Source: a bacterium
GTDB lineage: Bacteria; Zhuqueibacterota; Zhuqueibacteria; Residuimicrobiales; Krinioviventaceae
NCBI GenBank assembly: GCA_963693055.1
Contig: OY843751.1
Span: forward strand, 544,001 to 608,000
Direction of reading: 5' to 3'
Length of the DNA: 64,000 bases
Shown here: positions 40,365-50,800 of the stretch, one piece after another
How the letters are laid out: the number at the start of each line of letters is the position of its first letter
Numbering within the stretch: position 1 is the first letter of the stretch
Position numbers and translations under genes: made by a program
Notes under the pieces: model-generated
Seen by the model: only the letters and a program-made list of their open reading frames with translations
What the model was told of the DNA's origin: nothing
The model's database searches: none

Positions 40365-41213
40365 TTATTTTTTTTGCATTACCTGCTTGGTTAACCAATT
40401 TTTAAATTCAAGTTCTCGAATATCATCATCTAATAGGTCTTCATCAATTGCAAGTTTCCAGCGCAGGTCTTTAGTATCATCCGATTTGACAATCTCGTCA
40501 TATTGTGCTACCAGTTCTGTCATGGCCTCATGGCTTTTGAAATAGTTTTCGCGGGTCAGTTTTTCCTCACGAGCTTCAATGAGCCTGGCCATTTCATAAA
40601 GGTTATACTCGGGATGGTATTGTGTAGCCCAGAATGTGCCCTTTTTGTATGTTACGCTGACTGCCTGTACATATGTAAAGCTGTTTCCTGCCAGGCGCGT
40701 TGCACCTTCTGGTAGACCTGTAATATGATCGTCATGGCTGATGAATCCGTCAAACGCCATAGGTTTTCCTTCATACATGGGGTGGGACTTGCCTTCGTCT
40801 GTAAGGTAAACCTTGCGGGCAACACCCATTTCACGACCTTTGGGGTTGGGTTCTACCTTGCCGCCTGCAACATAAACAGCAAGCTGTGCGGCCCAGCAGC
40901 TGCCAAATTGCGGAATACCGGCTTCGTACGCCATGTTTGTAATTTTGATCATTGTGGCAACCCGTTCATCATCCGTATGATAAACTGTAAGGTTGCAGCC
41001 CGGCCATAAAACGCCATCATAATTTTCTAAATTATCGGGGATAATTGTTTCCGTATCGCTGGTATATAAAATGTCATATTGGGCATTGGGCATGTATTTC
41101 AGCAATAAATTGGCATAGAGCTGCCCTGCCAGTGTCATTCCTACTTGGTCGAATTGGTCTCTACTTTTTTGGGGATATCCGTCCAATATTAAAAATCGCA
41201 TAGAATCTGCCAT
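40365..41213 (-). CDS. Class I glutamine amidotransferase-like protein
   Basis: Nucleophile elbow GSCWAAQ; SHDD; QYHPE triad. Confidence 0.88.
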   Translation of the reverse strand: MADSMRFLILDGYPQKSRDQFDQVGMTLAGQLYANLLLKYMPNAQYDILYTSDTETIIPDNLENYDGVLWPGCNLTVYHTDDERVATMIKITNMAYEAGIPQFGSCWAAQLAVYVAGGKVEPNPKGREMGVARKVYLTDEGKSHPMYEGKPMAFDGFISHDDHITGLPEGATRLAGNSFTYVQAVSVTYKKGTFWATQYHPEYNLYEMARLIEAREEKLTRENYFKSHEAMTELVAQYDEIVKSDDTKDLRWKLAIDEDLLDDDIRELEFKNWLTKQVMQKK

Positions 41214-41215
41214 TA

Positions 41216-41971
41216 TTATTTCGCCTGTTTTTTAGAGTTAAATATTTCTGTCAATTGTGAGTAATCATTGAATTGTGCATCTGCCTGGGTATTTTCGCTG
41301 CCCCGATCAATCGCGGCAGTACACAATATTGCACCCATTCCCGCTTTTTTCGGTCCCAGAATATCGTTATGTTCACGGTCACCAATATGAACGATCTCTT
41401 TCAATTCAACACCCAGCCCTTTTGATGCGGCATCAAAGACTGATGGATGCGGTTTAGAATGACCAACCTCATCAGAGAATACAAAGAAATCAAAATATTG
41501 GGCCAAATCTTCGCCTGCCAGTAATTCACGTAATGCACGACCAGGACTAAAGATGGCGTCCGAAATAACACCCAATTTGTATTCTTTGCTTAGCTGCTTT
41601 ATTGCATCATGAACTCCCGGAATAAAGTTGGGTCTAAATTCCAGTTCCATTTCTTCATGCAGTTTTACCAATTCGTCCATTTCATTGGCAGGTAATTCTA
41701 CACCCAGGCCTTTCAATAAGACCGAAAGACGTTCATGTACAGACCAAGTTACATGGGAATCGTGCCAGACTTTTCTAAACGCGGCATCGGTTGTATTGTA
41801 GGCAATGTCTATAATATCCCGCGAAACGGATTTGTGTTTATTTACAAATTGCTCTACAAGGTTGCGCCGTTCAACAGGTTTTGTGGGGCGATTTGCAGCT
41901 TTGCGTTTGGGTTCGTCTGAATCATCAATAAAGACCGTATCCCACAAATCAAATGTAATTGCTTTTATCAT
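41216..41971 (-). CDS. HAD-superfamily hydrolase
   Basis: FDLWDT motif I; VISD; SKPHP; HIGDREHND. Confidence 0.9.
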   Translation of the reverse strand: MIKAITFDLWDTVFIDDSDEPKRKAANRPTKPVERRNLVEQFVNKHKSVSRDIIDIAYNTTDAAFRKVWHDSHVTWSVHERLSVLLKGLGVELPANEMDELVKLHEEMELEFRPNFIPGVHDAIKQLSKEYKLGVISDAIFSPGRALRELLAGEDLAQYFDFFVFSDEVGHSKPHPSVFDAASKGLGVELKEIVHIGDREHNDILGPKKAGMGAILCTAAIDRGSENTQADAQFNDYSQLTEIFNSKKQAK

Positions 41972-41985
41972 AAATGACCTTTTTT

Positions 41986-43140
41986 CTATTTCAGCATATT
42001 GGTTATCAGTTCAACTATATCTCCTTTTTCCACTTTACGTGGATTTAAAGGACAGCAGGGATCTTGTAGTGCGTAATCTTCTATTGCCTGAGCTTTATCC
42101 AGTGGAACATTCAGCGGTTTCAGGTCAGTTGGCATTTCCAATGAGATCAGCCAGTTTTTGATTGCATCAAGCACGGCATATGCATCTTTGTCTGTATTTA
42201 ACATGGTACCCAGAGACGCGAGCTTTTTATTGACTTGCGGATCTGATGCATTAAATTTCATAACCTCAAGCAAAACAGCCGCATTGGCAAGACCATGGTG
42301 CGCATCAAACATAACTCCCAGTGCGTGTGCAATAGAGTGGTTTAATCCCAATCCTTTCTGAAATGCTGTAGCGCCCATAGCAGAAGCCATCAGCATATTG
42401 CCGCGTGCGGCAATGTCATTTCCATCTTTGACTGCAACGGGCAAGTGCTTGATACACATTTCCAAACCTTCTTTGGCAATGCCATCAGCAAAGGGATGAA
42501 AAACATCCATAATGTATGCTTCAAGGTTGTGCACAAATGCATCAACACCCGTAGCGGCAGTAAGCCATGCCGGCATGGATACTGTCAGTTCAGGATCAAG
42601 TACCGCAATGTCTGGCATGAGATAAGGGGAAAAGATGATTGTTTTGGTATTGTTTTTCAATATGGTGATAACGCTGCTGCGACCCACTTCGCTGCCAGTA
42701 CCTGCAGTTGTGGGAACCGCGTAAAATGGAGGCATGTTGTTTTGAATGTATTTGTCTCCACCTTTCATGTCATCATATTTTTCAAGTGGACCCTCATGAG
42801 TAGCCATGCATTTGATGGTTTTGGCTGCGTCAATGGGTGAGCCACCACCCAAGCCTACTATGAATTCAGCTCCACAAGATTTATAAACCTCTGCGCCATT
42901 GTATACATTTTCATCAGTGGGATTTGATTTAACATCGCTAAAAATCTCTATTTCAATACCGGCAGCTTTAAACAGTTCTACAAGTTTTGCCGGAGTTCCT
43001 ACTTTTTCAATGCCTTTGTCTGTTACCAGCAGGCCTTTTTTTACACCAGTAGCTTTGATTGTATTAACCATATCTTTGACGGCACCCGGGCCGTATTCAA
43101 TTTTGGTTGGAAAATTGTATGTATGTCTTGATGTTGGCAT
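41986..43140 (-). CDS. Iron-containing alcohol dehydrogenase
   Basis: GGGSPIDAAK, PTTAGTGSE, DAFVHNLEA, HSIAH, HHGLANA. Confidence 0.93.
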   Translation of the reverse strand: MPTSRHTYNFPTKIEYGPGAVKDMVNTIKATGVKKGLLVTDKGIEKVGTPAKLVELFKAAGIEIEIFSDVKSNPTDENVYNGAEVYKSCGAEFIVGLGGGSPIDAAKTIKCMATHEGPLEKYDDMKGGDKYIQNNMPPFYAVPTTAGTGSEVGRSSVITILKNNTKTIIFSPYLMPDIAVLDPELTVSMPAWLTAATGVDAFVHNLEAYIMDVFHPFADGIAKEGLEMCIKHLPVAVKDGNDIAARGNMLMASAMGATAFQKGLGLNHSIAHALGVMFDAHHGLANAAVLLEVMKFNASDPQVNKKLASLGTMLNTDKDAYAVLDAIKNWLISLEMPTDLKPLNVPLDKAQAIEDYALQDPCCPLNPRKVEKGDIVELITNMLK

Positions 43141-43191
43141 TTTTCAACTCCTGTATATACGTTATGGTTATATAAAAATAAATAACTGAAA

Positions 43192-44580
43192 TCAAACTTT
43201 AACGCGCAGGTGAAAAGATTTTGGACGGGTTAAATGTTCGTAACCCAGTTGTGATAATGTGCATCCTCGTCCTGTATCTTTAACGCCTACCCATGGGAGA
43301 TAGGGATCCAGGTAATCACAGCGATTCATAAACAGGGTGCCGGTATCTACTCGGTCACCGAGTTCAAGAGCTCTGTCTTCATCCTGGGTCCAGATAGATG
43401 CCGTTAATCCGTATGGACTGTCGTTCATCAGTTCCAAAGCTTCTTCATCACTCTTGACTTTCATAATGCCAACAACAGGGCCAAAGCTTTCTTCAACCAT
43501 CACATCCATCGTGTGATTAACATTTACAAGAACCTGGGGTGCAAGATAGTTGGTACCCAGTTGAGTTTCCGGGAACAGTGCGGGATCTATTAATGCTTTG
43601 GCGCCGGCTTTGACAGCAGCGTCTATGTGGTTACGTACCAGGTCTGCACCGCTTTTTTTAGCTACCGGGCCCAGAGTCGTTTCTGAATCGAGGGGGTTAC
43701 CCAGTTTGTATTGTTTTGTTAATTCTGCAAATTGTTCAATAAAGTCATCGTATAATGTTTCATGTACGTAAATACGTTCAATGCCGCAGCAGGATTGGCC
43801 TGAATTGTAAAAAGAACCATCAACAAGATTCTCTACTGAAAATTTCAAATTCGCATCTGCAGCTACATAAGCGGGATCTTTGCCACCCAATTCTAATCCT
43901 ACTCCTACAAAACGTTCGGCAACTACTTTTTGGATATTGTGTCCGCCACCAACTGAACCGGTAAACGCAACAAAATCCACTCTAGGATCACGGATAACCT
44001 GTGCTGTAGATTCATGATTTAGATGCAGGAATTGGAATAATCCTTCGGGCAGGCCGGCTTTTTTGAATGCGTCAGCGAACCGCTCGGCAACCAGAGGAGT
44101 TTGAGCTGAATGTTTTAATACAATAGCATTGCCGGCTAATAAACCGGGAACAATTGAATTGACAGCAATGAGGTATGGATAGTTCCAAGCGGGAACAACA
44201 AAAACGGTTCCCAGGGGTTCATGGCGAATAAACCGGTTAAAGCCTTCCTTTTCGCCAACAAAGATGTCTGCCAAGGATTTTTGGGCCAGGTCAAACATGC
44301 CCAATGTGCGTTCTTTGGTTCCGTTAACTTCATTAACTCCATAACGTATGGGTCTGCCCATTTGCCATGCAAGTTCTGTACTTATACGTTCGGTATCCTC
44401 TACAAACGCGTTGATAAATTTTTCAATATATGATTTTCTTTCAGTCAGCGATACAAATTTCCATTCTTTTTGAGCTTTTTTTGCTTTATCCAGCGTTTGG
44501 TCAATATCTTGAGGGCCATGTTGTGCGCATTCCACATACACTTTACCATCAACTGGTGAGATGACTTGAATAGCCTGCAT
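43192..44580 (-). CDS. NAD(P)-dependent aldehyde dehydrogenase
   Basis: AWNYP, FTGS, LELGGKDP, NSGQSCC, EESFGP. Confidence 0.95.
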   Translation of the reverse strand: MQAIQVISPVDGKVYVECAQHGPQDIDQTLDKAKKAQKEWKFVSLTERKSYIEKFINAFVEDTERISTELAWQMGRPIRYGVNEVNGTKERTLGMFDLAQKSLADIFVGEKEGFNRFIRHEPLGTVFVVPAWNYPYLIAVNSIVPGLLAGNAIVLKHSAQTPLVAERFADAFKKAGLPEGLFQFLHLNHESTAQVIRDPRVDFVAFTGSVGGGHNIQKVVAERFVGVGLELGGKDPAYVAADANLKFSVENLVDGSFYNSGQSCCGIERIYVHETLYDDFIEQFAELTKQYKLGNPLDSETTLGPVAKKSGADLVRNHIDAAVKAGAKALIDPALFPETQLGTNYLAPQVLVNVNHTMDVMVEESFGPVVGIMKVKSDEEALELMNDSPYGLTASIWTQDEDRALELGDRVDTGTLFMNRCDYLDPYLPWVGVKDTGRGCTLSQLGYEHLTRPKSFHLRVKV

Positions 44581-44851
44581 ATTCTTCTCCTTGTAAAAAA
44601 AAATAATAAAGATATAAATTACTAATGGCTGAAAAAATAAAATCTTGTTGCTGTACGGGGTCTGGATTAATGAAAATAAAAAGAATTCAAGATTTGGTTC
44701 CGGAGACGTCTTTTCTTTTATCCGGAGATATTGTGTATTTTATATTATTTAAATATAAATGACAAGTTTGTCAATATCAAGCATTTCTTTATGGTAATAA
44801 TATTTTCTTAACAATTTTTTAACAATTTCTTAATATTGGACCAATCTTTAA

Positions 44852-46588
44852 TTATTCGTTAATCTTTTTTTTATTGTATCCGGGTTTTCGCTTACCTGGC
44901 CCGGATTTTATTGTGAGGATGTTTTTTTGTCTCTCTTTATCCCGAATTTCTTTTGTAATTCTTAATTTTTCACCCGTAAAAGGATTGGTTTCTGTATAGT
45001 ACATCAGCGTAGACCAGGTTGACGGGGTAGGAGTAAAGACCTGGACTTGTTCCGGAGAAATTGAGAGGGTTTTTGACGCGTAATGTTTTAGCTCGTGCAT
45101 TTCTTTATCTGTGCAGCCAGGATGTGCCGCAATAAAGTAATAAGTAAGAAATTGTTTTTTGCCTGCTGATTTTGAATGCTTTTCAAATTCTTTTTTAAAG
45201 CTTTCAAGTGTATAGGTACCGGGTTTGCCCATCAGCTTTAACACACGTTCATTTGTGTGTTCCGGAGCAATTTTTAATTGTCCCGATGTATGATGGCAGG
45301 CAACCTCACGTAAATAGTCATTACCGTATTTTTCATCATCCAGTACCAGGTCGTATCGAATACCAGAGGCAACAAAGACTTTTTTTACACCGTCTAGCTT
45401 GCGTAAGGATTTTAGCAGATCGGTAACAGGTTTATGAGTGGGCTTTAGCGTTTTACAGGTTTGAGGGAAAATACACCGTTTGTCTGAACATACTCCGGAT
45501 TTTAGTTTCTTTGCGCATTCAAATCCAAACATGTTTGCCGTTGGACCACCCGCGTCAGAGATGATACCTTTGAAACGTGGATGTTTGGTGAAACTTGAGG
45601 CTTCATTGATGATAGATTCCGGACTGCGGCTGATCACCGTACGTCCCTGGTGTACGGCAATTGCACAAAAGTTACATTCTCCGTAGCATCCACGATGGGT
45701 TGGTATTGAAAAACGTATAGTATCCAGAGCACGGATTTTGCCTGATTTTGCTTCTGACGGGTGGGGTTCGCGTTCGTATTCCAGTTCGTGGACCATATCC
45801 AATTCTGATGTGTTTATGTGTGGTTGGGGGGCATTCTGGACCATGTATCTGTCGCCGGTTTTCTGGTACAATCCCTTTGCGGTTAGCGAATCCATGTTTT
45901 GATAGAATGTTTGAAACATGTTGATGAATGCCTGCTTTTCATCTTTGCATTGTTCAAAGCTTGGTAATTGTAAATATTCAGGAATTGGTTCTTTTGAAAT
46001 ATAACACAATCCTTTTATTTTATCTGTGGATTTACCTTGTTGAAGTGCCCTTGTTAGTTCAAGTACCGATTGTTCGGCCATGCCATATAGTAAATAATCT
46101 CCTTTTGCGTCAAACAGAATAGGCCTGCGTACAGAGTTAGACCAGTAATCGTAATGGGCTATCCGGCGCAGGCTGGCCTCAATTCCACCTAAAACAATGG
46201 GCACTGTGTTTTTAAAATAGCGTCGTACTAGGTTGGAATAGGCTATAACCGCCCGGTCTGGTCTTTTATTATTGACGCCGCCGGGTGTATAATCATCCTG
46301 CTGGCGACGTTTTTTTGTTGCGGTATAATTTGCCACCATAGAATCTACACTACCGCCGCTGACTCCCCAAAACAGTTCAGGTTCGCCCAAGCGGGTAATG
46401 TCATCTGGAGATTGAATGTCCGGCTGCGCAATAATGCCCACACGAAATCCGTGTTTAACCAGCCATTTGCCAATTACAGCAATGCCTATAAAAGGACTGT
46501 CGATATAACTGTCACCACTGATTAAAATAACATCAAGCTTTTTCCAGCCCAGTGCAAGAGCTTCTTTTTTTGTCATGGGTAAAAACAT
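44852..46588 (-). CDS. ygiQ: YgiQ family (UPF0313) radical SAM protein
   Basis: GDSYIDSP, GGIEASLRRIAHYDYWS, HRGCYGECNFC, SGIRYDL, GQLKIAPEH, YFIAAHPG. Confidence 0.92.
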   Translation of the reverse strand: MFLPMTKKEALALGWKKLDVILISGDSYIDSPFIGIAVIGKWLVKHGFRVGIIAQPDIQSPDDITRLGEPELFWGVSGGSVDSMVANYTATKKRRQQDDYTPGGVNNKRPDRAVIAYSNLVRRYFKNTVPIVLGGIEASLRRIAHYDYWSNSVRRPILFDAKGDYLLYGMAEQSVLELTRALQQGKSTDKIKGLCYISKEPIPEYLQLPSFEQCKDEKQAFINMFQTFYQNMDSLTAKGLYQKTGDRYMVQNAPQPHINTSELDMVHELEYEREPHPSEAKSGKIRALDTIRFSIPTHRGCYGECNFCAIAVHQGRTVISRSPESIINEASSFTKHPRFKGIISDAGGPTANMFGFECAKKLKSGVCSDKRCIFPQTCKTLKPTHKPVTDLLKSLRKLDGVKKVFVASGIRYDLVLDDEKYGNDYLREVACHHTSGQLKIAPEHTNERVLKLMGKPGTYTLESFKKEFEKHSKSAGKKQFLTYYFIAAHPGCTDKEMHELKHYASKTLSISPEQVQVFTPTPSTWSTLMYYTETNPFTGEKLRITKEIRDKERQKNILTIKSGPGKRKPGYNKKKINE

Positions 46589-46731
46589 GGTATAATATAC
46601 GCAATTGATGGATAAAATGGGACAGAAAAACATGTTGAATTATTGAAACGACGTATGAAACCATTATTATAAATTGTATTTGACTAATTAGAATTTACTC
46701 GATATATTTGAGAAATATTAAGGAGATTATA

Positions 46732-47232
46732 ATGTATTCAAATCTTTCAGATTTTATTACCGATTGGAAAGCAGAAGCTTCATTTACTTTGAAAATTTTT
46801 GAAGCAATTCCTGACGAGTTAATTTTGACAACTGTTTCTGATAATGTTCGGAGTTTGGGGCGTTTGGCATGGCACATTACCCAGACATTGACAGAGATGC
46901 CACACAAAGCAGGTGTGGTAGATGAAGATAATCTTGACAACCTGCCCATACCGGATTCTTTTGCCAAGATTTCTGATATTTATACTCTGTACAGCGAGGC
47001 ATTAATTAAGAATCTTGAACAAAAATGGATGGGAACCGACCTTACCGACTCAATTGAGATTTATGGCCAACACTGGGAAAAACGTAAATTGTTATCTGTT
47101 TTAATTACACACCAAATCCATCACCGGGCGCAAATGACTATAGTCATGCGTTTGTTGGAACTAAAAGTGCCGGGTATTTATGGTCCATCCAGAGAAGAGT
47201 GGGCACAATTTGGTATGGAGGCGCAAGAATAG
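46732..47232 (+). CDS. DinB family protein
   Basis: RSLGRLAWHI, HQIHHRAQ, VPGIYGPSREEW; AGGAG RBS. Confidence 0.9.
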   Translation: MYSNLSDFITDWKAEASFTLKIFEAIPDELILTTVSDNVRSLGRLAWHITQTLTEMPHKAGVVDEDNLDNLPIPDSFAKISDIYTLYSEALIKNLEQKWMGTDLTDSIEIYGQHWEKRKLLSVLITHQIHHRAQMTIVMRLLELKVPGIYGPSREEWAQFGMEAQE

Positions 47233-47289
47233 ACTGTTGAATGTTTTCTTGTTATTGAGTTTGACAAAATGTTTTTTTAGGTGGAAATA

Positions 47290-47325
47290 AAAAAAAACGG
47301 CACAAGGCTGAATTTGTGCCGTTTA
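47290..47325. terminator. Terminator hairpin between convergent dinB-like and yjfB-like genes
   Basis: A-run then AAACGGCACAA-loop-TTGTGCCGTTT. Confidence 0.7.
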
Positions 47326-47386
47326 GGTCATTGTTTTTGGGAAACATGACTATATGTGAGCAGTTCTTGTTGGTCTTATTTTGATG

Positions 47387-47581
47387 CTATGCGTATGTAT
47401 CTACATGACCGTTGTTAATGACCTCGTTTGTCTGTTCAATCATTTTCACCAAAGAGTTTCCTTGACGTTCACCCTGGTCTTTGATCTCTTTTAAAACAGA
47501 CATTGAGATTTGATCTCTTACGTCAGCAGCTTTCAAGTCAGTTGCATAGCTGGCCAAATATGTAGTGTTTGTTACGTTCAT
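47387..47581 (-). CDS. YjfB-like putative motility-associated small protein
   Basis: 64 aa; ISMSVLKEIKDQ..QGNSLVKMIE..GHVDTYA; sigma28 promoter directly upstream. Confidence 0.7.
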   Translation of the reverse strand: MNVTNTTYLASYATDLKAADVRDQISMSVLKEIKDQGERQGNSLVKMIEQTNEVINNGHVDTYA

Positions 47582-47588
47582 ACCTTAT

Positions 47589-47615
47589 TTATCGGGGCGT
47601 GCTTTAAAAACTTTA
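47589..47615 (-). promoter_or_regulatory. Sigma28 (FliA)-type promoter
   Basis: Minus strand TAAAGTTT-N11-CCCGATAA. Confidence 0.75.
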
Positions 47616-47835
47616 ATTTTTTTTTAGGAAATTTAAAGTTTTTTTGAATTTTTTTTCAGTTTAATTTGAATTCTACATGTGCCATAATCTGCTGTTTTAT
47701 AAGAAAATATGGGCATTTTTGTGTATTCCGGTTGATCTTGGTATCAATATTGCTTAATGTTTTTTAATGCAAATAGTATGTGGATTTATCTGATATTTGT
47801 ATTGATGAAAGATATTAGGAGTTTGTAGTACCGGA

Positions 47836-50800
47836 ATGACAAAAAAAATGAAAAAAGATGCAAATGCTTTGGATGCCAAACGGCTGCAACTTGCCCTTGA
47901 AGCCGCCAAAGGAGCAGTTTTTTATTATGATTTAATAAATGATATTATTGAATGGGACGCAGCCAATTTTGAATTATTGGGTTTTGATAAAGAAAGCATA
48001 GCCAATACTCGAAAAGATTGGGAAAAAAGAATCCATCCTGATGATTTATCAAAAGTTATAAAAGCGATGGATGAAGTGTTCGCTGATAAAGAAAAAGATT
48101 CCTTTAATGTCGAATATCGTATTATTCTTCCGGATAATACGATAAGAAATTTCAATGCCAGGGCCTGGATCGATAGGGATGAACATGGGAAACCCCTTGC
48201 TTTCGCTGGAGTACATTTTGATATTACGGAACAAAAGCTTGCCGAGCTTCAACTAAAAACATCTGAGGAAAGATATCGTGTGCTTTATGAAGGTATTAAC
48301 GACGCTGTATTGCTGGTTGACGAAGATGGATATTTTGATTTCAATACCGCTGCATGTGAAATGTTTGGATATACTGCAGAAGAAATGAGAAAACTGCACA
48401 TGCGTGATCTTTCTCCCGATACACACAAAGAAACTCCCGAATATATAGCCTTGCAAAGAGAAAACTATATCAAAACCCTTGAGCAAGGTCCGCAGCAATT
48501 CGAGTGGGTTCATCAAAAGAAAAATGGTGAACTTTTTCAAGTAAGTGTTGTAAGCAGAATGATTGAAATTAACGGTAAAATGATCATGCAGGGCGTTGTT
48601 CGTGATATTTCTAATCATAAAAAATTGGAAAGAGAACTTTTACAAAGACAGGATGAACTTCAACGTGCTCAGGAAATTGCCAAGTTTGGGCATTGGATTT
48701 ATGATGTGAAAACTGAAACGTTTACAGGTTCAAAAGAAGCATTACGTCATTATCAATTAAAGAACGAAAATGCAAATTTGTACGAGATCGCAGAAAAAAT
48801 TGAACCCAGTTTTAGAAAAATGGTATATCGTCAATTTAAAGAATGTATGAATTCAGGGACTCGGTTTAATCATGATTTTCAAATCATTCTTGAAGATGAG
48901 AGCAAAATGTGGATCAATTCTGTGGCATATCCCGAGTTGGATGAACAGGGACAGGTTGTCAAGATTTTGGGCACCACAATGGACATTACCAAACGTAAGC
49001 AAAATGAACTTGCAATTGAACAGCATTCACAATTTGAGCGTATTATCAATCGTCTATCATCAAATTTAGTAGATCTAAAAAATCTTGATGAAAAGATAGA
49101 GAATATACTGGCAACAATTGGTGAATTTGTTAATGTAGACAGGGCTTATGTTTATTTGGTTAGTAAGGATGGAACTACTATTGAGAATTCACATGTGTGG
49201 TATTCGAGTAGATCAAAATTAAAAGATAAAATTACTGCAATAATAGATCCCGCAAAGTCCCTGCCATGGTTCTGGTCTTTAATAAAAAACGGGAAAACCG
49301 TGCACATCCCTTCTATAAAGGATTTTCCGGAAGAAGCAAAATCGGAAAAGCAATTTTGGTTAGACAAAGAATTTAAAGCATTTTTAGCACTTCCTATGAT
49401 CAATAATAAAAGACTGATTGGTTTTTTGGGTTTTGCGGATGAAAAATATGAAAAGACTTGGGATGAGAATGCTATAGCATTGTTGCGAATAACAGCAGAA
49501 ACTTTTTCTCGCGCTTTGGAACAAAAGCGTATGTATGATTCACTAAGAAGAAGTGAGGAACGTTTCAGGCGTTTGATTAAAGATTCTCCTGTTGCCATGG
49601 TTGTTAGCGATAATAGTATGTTTGTTATTGATGTAAATAGTCAATTTGAAAAATTAACAGGGTATACCAGAAGAGAATTGTCTCATGAAAAGATATGGTG
49701 GGACCTGCTGGTACCCAATCCGCAATACCGGTTCCATATCAAGCAATGGTGGGATAAACTTGTTAATGATGCTTTGGATAATAAAAATTCAATTACCGAA
49801 CCTATTGAGGTTGTATTTACTTGTAAGGATGGAGAGAAACGTGATATTTTGATAAATGTGGCGTTTACCGGTGATTTCAAATTAATTGTTCTTCAAGATC
49901 ATACAAAGCAAAGACAGGGTGAAGCGCTTTTACTGGCCCAACGTGATCTTGCAATTGCGCTTGGACAGAGTGTAGGTTTGGATGAAACATTAAAGATATG
50001 CACAGAAGCCGCAATCAATAATTCTTTTATGGATAGTGGTGGAGTATATCTTGTTATTCCTGCAAGTAAGAGCATTCAATTACATTTTTCTATGGGTTTG
50101 TCAAAAGATTTTTGTAACGCTGTATCTTATTTTGATGCAAGTTCACCAAATGTAAAAGCCATTATGCGGGGAAAGCCAATTTATGACCATTATTCTAAAT
50201 ATACGGGCCCGGATGATGAAATTGCTAAAAATGAGCAATTGAAAGCATTTGCAAATATACCGATTACCTACCATGATAATGTTATAGGTTGCATGAATGT
50301 TGCATCACATCTTTTAGATACGGTACCTGAATATTCAAGGCTCATACTTGAAACCATTGCAGGCCAAATGGGACAGGCAATAATGCGTGTGCGTGCATTA
50401 GATACATTACGGGAACGTGAAGAAAATCTTAAAATGTTTTTCGAGTCCGTTAATGATTTTTTGTTTGTATTGGATGAACGTGCATCAATTTTACAAATTA
50501 ATCGTGCAGTTACTCAACATTTGGGATATACAGAATTGGATATCATTGGTGAGTCAATTTTGACACTGCATCCTCCTGAATTAAAAAATATTGCTTCGGA
50601 GATTATTCTGGATGTTTTGTCTCAAAATCGGTTTTTGTATGATCTTCCGCTAATGAATAAATCTGGAGACGAAATTCCAGTTGAAACCAAAATAACAGCA
50701 GGGCAATGGAATGGAAGAACTGCCTTTTTTTGTGTGAGTCGGGATGTGACGGAAAGAAAACGTGCGGAACAGGCGTTAATGCGCACCAGTTCTTTTTTGA

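Noticed and set aside
44581-44851. Glutamine or other known riboswitch upstream of the ALDH operon
   Set aside because: Could not match the conserved core of any riboswitch I know; kept only as a low-interest repeat.
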